From an uncultured bacterium (GTDB lineage: Bacteria; CSSED10-310; CAZUFC01), in contig CAZUFC010000013.1 of NCBI GenBank assembly GCA_964619725.1, positions 32,001 through 96,000 on the forward strand: DNA of 64,000 nt, read 5' to 3'. Positions 48,835-57,543 of the stretch are shown here, piece by piece (within the stretch, counting starts at the first letter, position 1; every line of letters starts with the position of its first letter). The notes beneath the pieces were generated by a model. The model saw only the letters and a list, made by a program, of their open reading frames with translations. It did not search any database and was not told the origin of the DNA. Position numbers and translations under genes: made by a program.

Positions 48835-48988
48835 CAGTGACTGTCCGGCATTAAATTTTGAATCGAGAATCGAGTTTGTGGACAGTCACTTGTTAAGAAT
48901 ATTTAATAGTATTATTTTATAATTCATTAAACAGCGCCTGTCCGCAACGAATTTTTAACTCAGCATGCCGTGAGGCGGACAGACGTTG
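48835..48988. repeat. Two inverted-repeat pairs built on a CARYGHCTGTCC-like 12-mer
   Basis: AGTGACTGTCC 48836-48846 with GGACAGTCACT 48880-48890; CAGCGCCTGTCCGC 48932-48945 with GCGGACAGACGTTG 48975-48988. Confidence 0.55.
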
Positions 48989-49073
48989 CGAGTTTCCGGC
49001 TCGGAAACAAGAAAATCCGCAGCCTGCGAAGCATTGTAGGAAATCGCCGTTTAAGGACAAAAACAAGGTAAAT

Positions 49074-51071
49074 TTAATGCACGATCACGCCTGGTGGGAT
49101 TTCGCCGGGGAATTCAGCGAGCGTAATTGTTTCATCATTTATTCCGGCTGCCAGAATCATCCCTTCACTCATGCCGTGTTTCAGTTTTTCAGCTTTCAAG
49201 TTAGCGACGAAGAGGACTTTTTTTCCAATCAGTGTTTCCGGTTGATAGGAAAGTCCGATTCCAGCCAGGACGACTTTCTTGCCGTTTCCGGCGTCGAGCG
49301 TTATTCTTAAGTGTTTTGCAGCATCTGTTACTTTTTCTGCGCCGGTGATTTCAGCGACTCTCAAGTCTATTTTCAAAAAATCTTCCATTGAGATGCTGGG
49401 TTTGGCGAGCATTTCTTTCACGTCTGAAATATTGACGTTATTATTTTTCTTTTCAGAGGCATATATCATTTTTGAGAATTTATCGTTATTGGGGGAATTG
49501 ATCAAGCGGAAGAAGGGTCCGATTTTATGATTTTCCAGATTGAATTTATGATCGTTCCATGTCAGGGGTTTGATTCTTAGTATTTTCTCAGCTTCCATAG
49601 CAGTATGAGGTAATATGGGTTTTATAAAAACCACAAGCGCTTTGCAGAAATTTAGAACCGCTGTCGCTATTTTCCTCGCCTCCTGTTCATCCTTTTTTAC
49701 CAGCCGGGGAAGGTCGGCTTCTTTAAGGTATTTTATTCCCAGATCGGCGACTTTACGAATTTCTTCGATTGCAGAATTAAAATTGAGGCTGAGATAGTGA
49801 GTAAACAGAACCTGCGCTTTTTGTGAAATGTATTTTTCCAGTTTCGTTTGTTTTTCGGGCAAATTTGCAATACGACCTTTTAAATTTTGATGAATAAAAT
49901 TGATCAGGTTGTCGAATAGCCAATTCAGACGATCTGTCAGGTCCTCCTTGATTAGAGCATAAAATTCCTTTTCATTGAATTCGGCAGGTTTGATTGAAGA
50001 GGAGGAATTTGCAGCAAAGAAATATCTCAATGTTTCCGGATTAAAGAATTTTTCAAATACTTCAGCGGATATGTCGGGTTTGTCATCTGATGATGAACCG
50101 ACGATTACATCTCCATGCGCCACGATTCTCTCAGGCAGCGCAAAACGAGTGCCCATAAGAATTGACGGCCAGATCAGTGAATACATGTACCAGTCCTTGC
50201 TGCTCATGAAATGAAAAATATGTGACTTTGAGTTGGACCAGTGTTTCGCGTTTTTTCCTTCTATTTTGTCCAGATATTCTTCCGTTACAGCCGGAAAAGA
50301 AGCGGCGATATCAAAATATTCGTTGAAATACAAAGATTCCTCTCCTGGAATCGCAAATCCTAAATAATTCTGGTCACGGCTTATCTCCGCATCGGGCAGT
50401 TCTTCTTCCAGTTTTTCTTCAATATAACTTTTCACTTCTCCAGGAAAACTCTTCGGGTTCTTCAACCATTCTTTTAAACGATGTTTATACTCGGAAATCT
50501 TATAGAAATAATGCACTCTCGTCTTTTTCACATACTCGCTGCCGCAGCGGGCGCAGGCGTCTCCCGGTTCTGATTCTTCAATTGCAACGCCGCAAAAAGG
50601 ACAAGCGGATGTGCCGTTGAAAATTCCTCTGCAATGAGAGCATATTTTTTGAGATTCGAAGGGGGAAGCAAATAAATTACATGTTTCACAATAATTTTGT
50701 TCGGTTTCGGTTCTGTAAACGTGGTCAAGTCCTCTGAGCCGCCGGAAGAAAAGTTCAATAAAGTGTTTCGTTTTTGAGATATGCGTGGAATAAAGTCCGT
50801 CGAATTCTATTCCGAATTTTTGAAAAAATTTCCTTTTTTCTTCAATGACAGCGCTCAATTTCTTGTCGATTTCTTCTTTATTTTCGTCAGTTTCAGGTTC
50901 ATAAGACGGACTGTGGACCTGCAGGGCGCAGGTGAAAACAGAATCCTGGCTGGTCAGATTGAGAAACCGGTTAAAGATATCCGCTTTGACAAATTTGTAC
51001 AGATCCTCAATGGAAAACTCTCGATCAATGGACGGAACGGAACATGTAATAATTATTTTGTCATCCTTCAA
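49074..51071 (-). CDS. Methionyl-tRNA synthetase-like protein (MetRS2 architecture with C-terminal tRNA-binding domain), catalytic motifs degenerate
   Basis: Colinear with MetG (ADIF.RF, four CxxC, ISRD...GF.IPG, WP..L, HG, LRYFFAA, IDLRVA.I, VANLK, SEGMILAA), but HIGH and KMSKS are absent. Likely start TTG 51071 after AAGGGGAG. Confidence 0.85.
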   Translation of the reverse strand: MKDDKIIITCSVPSIDREFSIEDLYKFVKADIFNRFLNLTSQDSVFTCALQVHSPSYEPETDENKEEIDKKLSAVIEEKRKFFQKFGIEFDGLYSTHISKTKHFIELFFRRLRGLDHVYRTETEQNYCETCNLFASPFESQKICSHCRGIFNGTSACPFCGVAIEESEPGDACARCGSEYVKKTRVHYFYKISEYKHRLKEWLKNPKSFPGEVKSYIEEKLEEELPDAEISRDQNYLGFAIPGEESLYFNEYFDIAASFPAVTEEYLDKIEGKNAKHWSNSKSHIFHFMSSKDWYMYSLIWPSILMGTRFALPERIVAHGDVIVGSSSDDKPDISAEVFEKFFNPETLRYFFAANSSSSIKPAEFNEKEFYALIKEDLTDRLNWLFDNLINFIHQNLKGRIANLPEKQTKLEKYISQKAQVLFTHYLSLNFNSAIEEIRKVADLGIKYLKEADLPRLVKKDEQEARKIATAVLNFCKALVVFIKPILPHTAMEAEKILRIKPLTWNDHKFNLENHKIGPFFRLINSPNNDKFSKMIYASEKKNNNVNISDVKEMLAKPSISMEDFLKIDLRVAEITGAEKVTDAAKHLRITLDAGNGKKVVLAGIGLSYQPETLIGKKVLFVANLKAEKLKHGMSEGMILAAGINDETITLAEFPGEIPPGVIVH

Positions 51072-51358
51072 ATCGATTCTCCCCTTTCTGGCGCTGTTAC
51101 GAATAATACTTCCCGGAAAAGCCGGAGCTTTCCGGAGACACAACAGCATATACAAGTGTTTTTTGAAAAGCAAGAGCTTAGGGTGAAAATAAGGGAAGAA
51201 ATTATGCAGCAAAACATCGCAGATTCTTAACATTCCGGTCATCAGCAGCGATAGGCGAATAAATCGAAGGGGAAGAAATCATTTGATTTCGTCAGTTGAA
51301 TTCTCTAAGATAATCTGAAGCTTATCGATTCCGCAAACATTCGGGAGAGAGATCGCAC

Positions 51359-52012
51359 ATGAGATACATGAAACGTTACGAAAAACACATTCTGACTTTC
51401 GTGGTCATGCTTTTTTACATCGTCGGATATTTTGTCATAACTTCAGCCGTCTCTTCGTTGCCTTCTCATACGCTTTTTTCGAGTTGGGATCGTGAGTTGC
51501 CATTAAGGCCAGGATTCATTTATGTCTATCTTCAGGTCTATTTCATCGTTTTTTTGCCTGTCTTTCTGACGGACAGGATATCCCTGATCAGGAAATTCGC
51601 TTGCGCTTATATGGTCACGATGATTTGCAGTTATGCGCTTTTCATCATATTTCCCGTAGTAAGACCCAGGCCTGATGTTGAGCTCGTTAGTTTCAACAGT
51701 TTTTGTCTATCCGTGCTATACCGGTTAGATCATCCTACCGGATGTTTTCCCAGCCTTCATGTGGCTATGGCCACTTTGGCCTCTCTCTGCACCTTCTCCG
51801 TCAACCGCGCTTTCGGCATTTTTTCCTGGATAATGACATTGCTGATCGCTTTATCCACTTTGTTTATAAAGCAACACTTTGCAGCCGATGTCATTTCAGG
51901 AGCTTTTTTGGCCTGCCTCTCTTACTTGCTCGTTAAAAGCGAAATAAAGGCTATCGTTTTACAACCGCTCTTCAAAAGAACGGCTTCCGCTGAACAGGGA
52001 AATCATCCTTGA
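51359..52012 (+). CDS. PAP2-superfamily membrane phosphatase/phosphotransferase
   Basis: FP..RP, LY..D.P..CFPSLHVA, STLF.KQH...DV..G. Confidence 0.85.
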   Translation: MRYMKRYEKHILTFVVMLFYIVGYFVITSAVSSLPSHTLFSSWDRELPLRPGFIYVYLQVYFIVFLPVFLTDRISLIRKFACAYMVTMICSYALFIIFPVVRPRPDVELVSFNSFCLSVLYRLDHPTGCFPSLHVAMATLASLCTFSVNRAFGIFSWIMTLLIALSTLFIKQHFAADVISGAFLACLSYLLVKSEIKAIVLQPLFKRTASAEQGNHP

Positions 52013-52197
52013 CTGAGCAACCTCTTGACGCCTGGCTGAAAAACAACTGTTACCGGTAAGGAAACCATACGTGCGCGTCAAAAATTTTGTGGGGCAAATC
52101 ATTATGTGCTAAACTTGTCGTCGGGTAAGTCGTTGATGAGGAACCTTCTGAAAAACAGAGAATTTTTTGGTAATTCTTCTTAAGGGAAAGGCTGGAT

Positions 52198-53451
52198 ATG
52201 AATCGAACGAGTTTATTCGCTCAAGTTACAATTTTTTGCATCATCACCGCCGGCGGGCTCCTTCAAGAAACTGATGCAAAAAACCTTGATCTGATTAATG
52301 AAAAATCCCTATCTGAAATCAGGGAATCAGACAAATTGACGACATCAGACCAGGAATACTACATCGCTGATTTTTTCATTTCTGAAACAGGGATTTTAAG
52401 AGAAACAGAAACGCCGACATATCTTCCCAGCGTTACGCCCTCCGCTCCTCCTTCATTCACTTCCACGCCCATTCCCACAATAACAGTTTCCCCTTATTGG
52501 AGTCCAACCGGAGCAATTACTCCGCCTACCGAAACTCCGGTTGAAAGTCCCACTTTTTCATCAACTCCTACGGCCTTTTTCACCCATTCCCCCACCAGTA
52601 CGAATACTGCAACGCCGACACCGACTCCAACGGGTTTTTCAACGGTTACTGAAGTTCCTACCTTGCCGACTGCAACGGCCACAGCGAGCCCCACTTTTTC
52701 ATCCACGGGGACGCCATATCCGACTACAAGCGTTACTTTAACAAATACGCCCGATGAAACGGCGACGCCTACGCCCACAGTATCCTCATCAGGAACTCCT
52801 GTTCCGACGTTAATCCCGACAAATGCCTTCACCTTTACATCCACTCCGACAGAGACAATGACGTTTTCGCCTACCGGCACGGCAGTCGTTACCCCCACCG
52901 CTGAATTAACCCGGACAATCGCTCCTACGATGAGTCAAACTCCAACGCCACGCATTACGTTGACGCCCACATTGCCTCCTTTAGGGGTTATTCTTGAGTT
53001 ATCGGAAGAGGACGATTTTTGTTTCAGGACGGGCGATCTTTTTCGACTCGATGCCTGGATAAGCAATCCAGGTCCCGAAGAGTATGAAGGAGTTCCTTTC
53101 GTTGTATTGCTTGATATTGACGGAGAGTATTGGTGGTATCCGGAGTGGAGCAGTGATTTTACATATGCACAGGTTGAGTTGCCGAGTGGAACGAAAAAGT
53201 TGAGGATTCTGGACTTTATTTGGCCTGACGATCCTTCGGAAGAGGATGACGTGAGAATATACGCCGCTCTTTTAAATTATGAATTGACTGATTTTTTCGC
53301 TCCTGAGGGGGATTACGCCGGATACGATTATGTTGAATTCGACTATGGTTGCGATTGTCCCGGTTTTCATCCGGAACAGAAAGAGGGTCTTTTGAGAGAA
53401 CGGACTGAAGCGAATTCGCCGGCCCGGGAGCTCCCGTTTTTCACTCAATAG
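52198..53451 (+). CDS. Secreted Thr/Pro-rich (mucin-like) protein with C-terminal globular domain
   Basis: Signal peptide, about 190 aa of T/P/S repeats, then an aromatic-rich beta domain starting LGVILEL. Confidence 0.75.
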   Translation: MNRTSLFAQVTIFCIITAGGLLQETDAKNLDLINEKSLSEIRESDKLTTSDQEYYIADFFISETGILRETETPTYLPSVTPSAPPSFTSTPIPTITVSPYWSPTGAITPPTETPVESPTFSSTPTAFFTHSPTSTNTATPTPTPTGFSTVTEVPTLPTATATASPTFSSTGTPYPTTSVTLTNTPDETATPTPTVSSSGTPVPTLIPTNAFTFTSTPTETMTFSPTGTAVVTPTAELTRTIAPTMSQTPTPRITLTPTLPPLGVILELSEEDDFCFRTGDLFRLDAWISNPGPEEYEGVPFVVLLDIDGEYWWYPEWSSDFTYAQVELPSGTKKLRILDFIWPDDPSEEDDVRIYAALLNYELTDFFAPEGDYAGYDYVEFDYGCDCPGFHPEQKEGLLRERTEANSPARELPFFTQ

Positions 53452-53464
53452 CGCATTCTAGAGG

Positions 53465-55189
53465 ATGATGGATTCTCCAAAATCGAGTTCATACGTTAAG
53501 TCTTTTCGTGAATCGGTCGTACTTTTCGTCATAGTCATCGTTTCTCAATCGGTCGTATTTCATAAGGTACCTTATGATAATGTTGCGAGCAGAACGAATA
53601 TCGTATTATCGGTAATCAATCATGGAACTTTTCAAATCGATGCCTATCATGAAAATACTTTGGATAAAGCATTTCGATCGGGGCGCTATTTCTCCGACAA
53701 GGCGCCCGGAGGAGCGCTTCTGGCAGCATTGCTTCTTTATGTCCCGGTAAAAACGCTGAATTTTACCGGACTGCAAATTAGCGATGAAGTCGTCAGGTAC
53801 TTTGCGAGAATCCTGGTCGTCTCATTCCCCGTCGGCATCATGGCGCTGCTGATGTTTAATTGGGCTTCGGACCTGGTAAAATCTCACTCATTGCGTATGC
53901 TGCCTGTCTTGTTTTATGCGCTTGGAACACCGGCTTATCCTTACTCCACTTTATTCTATGGGGCTCAAACAGCGGCGGCTTTCGGTTTTTTTGCTTTTTT
54001 ACTCATAATTATGCCGCTCGGCAACAAAGAAGGGCCGAATAAAAAGTTCTTTTATCGAGGTTTCCTGGCCGGCGCTTTAGCTTCTTTTTCCGCTGCTTCC
54101 GTTTATCCTGCTGCCCTGCTATGGATACTCTGTTTTCTATTTACAATTTTTCTGAAAAAGTCTAAAGCTTCAATCCTTTCTTTCATCGCGGGTTCGATCC
54201 CGATAGCTCTGGGAGTCGCCTTATACCATCAAATCTGTTTCGGAGGCATCCTGCAGACGGGTTATCAGTATAAATTTCTGGAACATCATGCTCAGATGCA
54301 TTCGGAAGGTTTTTTCGGCATTACTGTTCCTTCTGCCGCCGCCCTCTGGGGTATAACCTTCAGCGTTGAAAAAGGTTTATTTTATTACGCGCCCCATTTG
54401 CTCTTCGGTATCGCCGGACTGTTTTACGTTCTTAAATCCAAATGGAAATCCGCAGCGCTGTTTTGCATTACCATTATTTTTACCTTCATCCTTTTCAACT
54501 CCGCATTCCAGGATTGGAAGGCCGGATGGACCTTCGGACCAAGACATCTGCTGCCCGCCATTCCTTATATGACAATAGGCAGCTTTTTTTTCCTCAAAGT
54601 CGCATCAACAAGAAAAAATCCGGAAAAATATTTCCTCATCTCAGTCTACTTTTGCCTGGGTATCGTCTCCATGTTTCCGACGTTTCTCGCCGCCTTTACT
54701 ACTCCGCATATACCCCTCTCTTTTGAAAGCCCGGTTTTTGAATTTCTTGTCCCAATTTTCATGAAAGGATACAGCGTCATTTCTCCGGTCAGTATGGCCG
54801 GTTTGCCTCCCCAGTCGGCGCCTGCTATTTTGTTCGTTTTCATCGCTTTGCTTATGCTTTATACCTTTTGGAAAAACAATGTCTTTAGACGAATTAACAG
54901 CGAGCGATTGTTAGGATTCCTCGCCGGCATTCTAACCGTTTCGATTTTTTTTGGACTTACAGCTTATTATTCGTTTAAAATCGCAAAGCCCGATAATTTT
55001 GAACGTAAAGGAGCGCGCGCCCAGGTGTTTTTGGCTGGAAAGATGTGGGATGAAGCGGAAACTGAAGCAAGAGAGATATTACGGCAAAATCAGAATGTCA
55101 GGTTCGCGTGGGAAATACTGGCGATTTGCAGAGAGAAAAAAAAGGAAAAGGAGAATAATAATGAAATATATAGGCGCGAAAATCAATAA
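53465..55189 (+). CDS. Polytopic membrane protein, probable GT-C-fold glycosyltransferase
   Basis: About 12 TMs. First loop N.ASR...ID.Y...T.DKA...YFSDKAPG, late W.AGW.FGPR.LLP motif, TPR-like tail. Confidence 0.6.
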   Translation: MMDSPKSSSYVKSFRESVVLFVIVIVSQSVVFHKVPYDNVASRTNIVLSVINHGTFQIDAYHENTLDKAFRSGRYFSDKAPGGALLAALLLYVPVKTLNFTGLQISDEVVRYFARILVVSFPVGIMALLMFNWASDLVKSHSLRMLPVLFYALGTPAYPYSTLFYGAQTAAAFGFFAFLLIIMPLGNKEGPNKKFFYRGFLAGALASFSAASVYPAALLWILCFLFTIFLKKSKASILSFIAGSIPIALGVALYHQICFGGILQTGYQYKFLEHHAQMHSEGFFGITVPSAAALWGITFSVEKGLFYYAPHLLFGIAGLFYVLKSKWKSAALFCITIIFTFILFNSAFQDWKAGWTFGPRHLLPAIPYMTIGSFFFLKVASTRKNPEKYFLISVYFCLGIVSMFPTFLAAFTTPHIPLSFESPVFEFLVPIFMKGYSVISPVSMAGLPPQSAPAILFVFIALLMLYTFWKNNVFRRINSERLLGFLAGILTVSIFFGLTAYYSFKIAKPDNFERKGARAQVFLAGKMWDEAETEAREILRQNQNVRFAWEILAICREKKKEKENNNEIYRRENQ

Positions 55190-55823
55190 GCCTAGATTCG
55201 CCGTTTTCATCGCTTCTTCGATCAGCCTCATGCTGCTGGCGGGGTGCGCTGCAGCCTTGAGCGGTAAGATTAAAGAAAGAGAAACCGCATATAATCTATC
55301 GGGAATCAAGGTCGTTATTGAATCGGAAAACAAAGTGCAGGAAACTTATTCCGATCAGAAAGGCAATTACAATTTCACCAATCTCAAAAAAGGCGAATAC
55401 GATATTAAAATCGAAGACAATCAGGATTATCTTCCATTTCATGCGGTTATAAGAATTCAAAAACCTGAAAAAATGATTAAGGACATCGAATTGAAACCGA
55501 TGCCGTCCATTAAAGGAAAAGTCTTTGACGGCGCCATGCCGGTAAACGGAATGAAGGTGGAATTGTGGTCGATCGATAGAAAAAATCATTTAAATTCAAT
55601 CACTGACGCCAAAGGGGAATTTCAATTTCCAGGTCTTCAACCAGGCGATTACTACCTGGAAGCTTTCAATAAGACAAAATCCTGCCGGCGAAAAGTGACG
55701 CTGGAATACGGAACGACAGTCCTGGACCTCTTTCTGGAAAAACCTGTCCGATTGGAACCGGGAAAAGTTCAAGGAAGAGAAAGTTCATTGCTAGGTACAG
55801 TTCCGCATCGCGACAGCAATTAA
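55161..55823 (+). CDS. Lipoprotein with two carboxypeptidase-regulatory-like (prealbumin-fold) domains
   Basis: GGAG SD then ATG 55161, lipobox LAGC, and T.SD..G.Y.F..L..G.Y and TDAKGEF.F..L.PG.Y repeats. Confidence 0.8.
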   Translation: MKYIGAKINKPRFAVFIASSISLMLLAGCAAALSGKIKERETAYNLSGIKVVIESENKVQETYSDQKGNYNFTNLKKGEYDIKIEDNQDYLPFHAVIRIQKPEKMIKDIELKPMPSIKGKVFDGAMPVNGMKVELWSIDRKNHLNSITDAKGEFQFPGLQPGDYYLEAFNKTKSCRRKVTLEYGTTVLDLFLEKPVRLEPGKVQGRESSLLGTVPHRDSN

Positions 55824-55835
55824 TTCCAATTACGG

Positions 55836-57536
55836 GTGAAAGTAATCATGGAAAACCAGCAGACTTCCCGAATAATACTAAAGATTGTTTTAAGCGCCGT
55901 TATATTGTTCTCTGTAACAATGACGATCGTTTTGGGCTTGCGCTTCTGGGATAAGCATACTTCAAAGGAAAAAAGGGCGGAACGCTATGATCAGAAACAA
56001 CCGGTAAAGAGTGATTTTCTTTTTAAATTGGAACTCAAAGGGAAAACTGACCGATTGTCTGAAACCAGAATCTTTTTCGAAGGAAGGGAAGTAGACAAGA
56101 AAGATTATGTAAAAAAAAGCGGAGATCGTTTTTTGTGCAATTTTCCGTTTGCCGCTTATTCTGCTGAACTGAAAAAATATGCTCTCGTGTTTGATCCGGA
56201 CGACAACGGAAAGGAACTCACTTTTCAGGAATATTTTGAGACGGATATAGACAAAGGCGAATATTTTTTTTCTAAAAACTTTGAAGATATTTTTCCGGAA
56301 GCCCTGAAAGATGAGACTAAAACTGTGAAGGAAAGAGCGGAGAGCGTTCCGGTAAAAATGAAAGACCAGGAAGAGAAGAAAAAGGTGACTGAAGCAGAGT
56401 CAGAGGTAGCTGATGGTGCGGACGAATCCCGGATGCGCCGGCCTGAACGAAAGTCGCCGCCCGCTAGCCCTGCATTCACTGGAAAATTAAAATTATCTGT
56501 AAAAAACCGCGATACCGGTGAGGCGGTTCAAGGTGCGATCGCTTATTTGAAAAACGGAGAGGATTGGCGTGCCGTTTCGCCTGGAACGGATACAAGCGGT
56601 GTAACTGAAGTGAAAAATCTGCCGAATGCGCCCTTCCTTTTGTCAATCAGACGAGAGGGATATGAGGATTACGAATTGAATATTGAAAAGAGCCGGGAAG
56701 ATTTTAATGTTTTAATGAAAGAGAAAAAATGTCATCTGACGCTCAATATAGGACCTGTTTCAGCGCTTGTTAAATATCGAGGAATCGTCATAGGCGAATC
56801 TTCTCCGGGCCGGGATTTCATTCATGCTTTCCCATGCAGTATAATAAAACTGCAGATACACCCGACCGACTCAGGAAAAGGATACGCTTCTGAAAAAAGA
56901 GAAATCGATCTCACCCAGGGAGACGTCACAAAGGAAGTGTTTCTTGTTGAAGATCACTATGAAACGGCGGAAAAGTTTTATGCTGAGGCGATGAAGACAA
57001 ATGATATTAAGCTCTTCGAGCAGGCGGCCATACAATATGAACAGGTTCGAATGATAGGCGTTACTCATCATGCTCGCAATAAATATTTAAACGCTCAGTA
57101 TTACGCGGGACAGATATATGCAGAGCAATTGTTCGAGTATGATAAAGCGAGAAAAAGTTTCATGAAAATAAGAGAGACGGATGCGCAGGCGAAGCCCACG
57201 ATATATTACTACCTGGCGAAGATCGACTTTGAATCGAACAATTACAGAGATGTATTCGAACATATGAACGATTTGAATTCATGTTCGGAATATCTGCCGG
57301 ACGAACAAAGGATGGAAATTTTATTCCGCACAAAATATTATCTGGCGAAAAGCGCATTCGAGATGTGGAAAACTTCTGATGATGCGGGGAAAGATAAAAT
57401 GCGGAAAAATGCAATCTATCATTTGAAAGACGCCATGGTGTATTACGATAAAGAACTTTCAGCGGACCAGAATGCGGCAGCGAGATTAAAAAGATATAAT
57501 GATGAATTGAAAGAACTGTTGAATTTTCTCGAATAG
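55836..57536 (+). CDS. Membrane-anchored protein with carboxypeptidase-like/PEGA-like and TPR regions
   Basis: N-terminal TM, V...TGE.V.GA...TD.SG and I.REGYE segments, and C-terminal TPR-like helices (AQYYAGQIY, YYYLAKI). Confidence 0.6.
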   Translation: MKVIMENQQTSRIILKIVLSAVILFSVTMTIVLGLRFWDKHTSKEKRAERYDQKQPVKSDFLFKLELKGKTDRLSETRIFFEGREVDKKDYVKKSGDRFLCNFPFAAYSAELKKYALVFDPDDNGKELTFQEYFETDIDKGEYFFSKNFEDIFPEALKDETKTVKERAESVPVKMKDQEEKKKVTEAESEVADGADESRMRRPERKSPPASPAFTGKLKLSVKNRDTGEAVQGAIAYLKNGEDWRAVSPGTDTSGVTEVKNLPNAPFLLSIRREGYEDYELNIEKSREDFNVLMKEKKCHLTLNIGPVSALVKYRGIVIGESSPGRDFIHAFPCSIIKLQIHPTDSGKGYASEKREIDLTQGDVTKEVFLVEDHYETAEKFYAEAMKTNDIKLFEQAAIQYEQVRMIGVTHHARNKYLNAQYYAGQIYAEQLFEYDKARKSFMKIRETDAQAKPTIYYYLAKIDFESNNYRDVFEHMNDLNSCSEYLPDEQRMEILFRTKYYLAKSAFEMWKTSDDAGKDKMRKNAIYHLKDAMVYYDKELSADQNAAARLKRYNDELKELLNFLE

Positions 57537-57543
57537 AGATTAA

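Noticed and set aside
48636-48854. 72-aa ORF in the gap after the orphan gene
   Set aside because: No clear SD or recognisable motif, and it runs into the inverted-repeat region.
48512-49073. Possible replication origin (TTGTCCACA at 48692, TGTGGACAG at 48877, AT-rich tract)
   Set aside because: Only two imperfect DnaA-like boxes, no dnaA/dnaN/gidA nearby, and no switch in gene orientation.
51072-51242. N-terminal extension of the MetRS-like ORF
   Set aside because: No MetG similarity here, and a good SD precedes TTG 51071.
52494-52898. Val/Gly-rich minus-strand ORF
   Set aside because: It is the antisense mirror of the Thr/Pro repeat.
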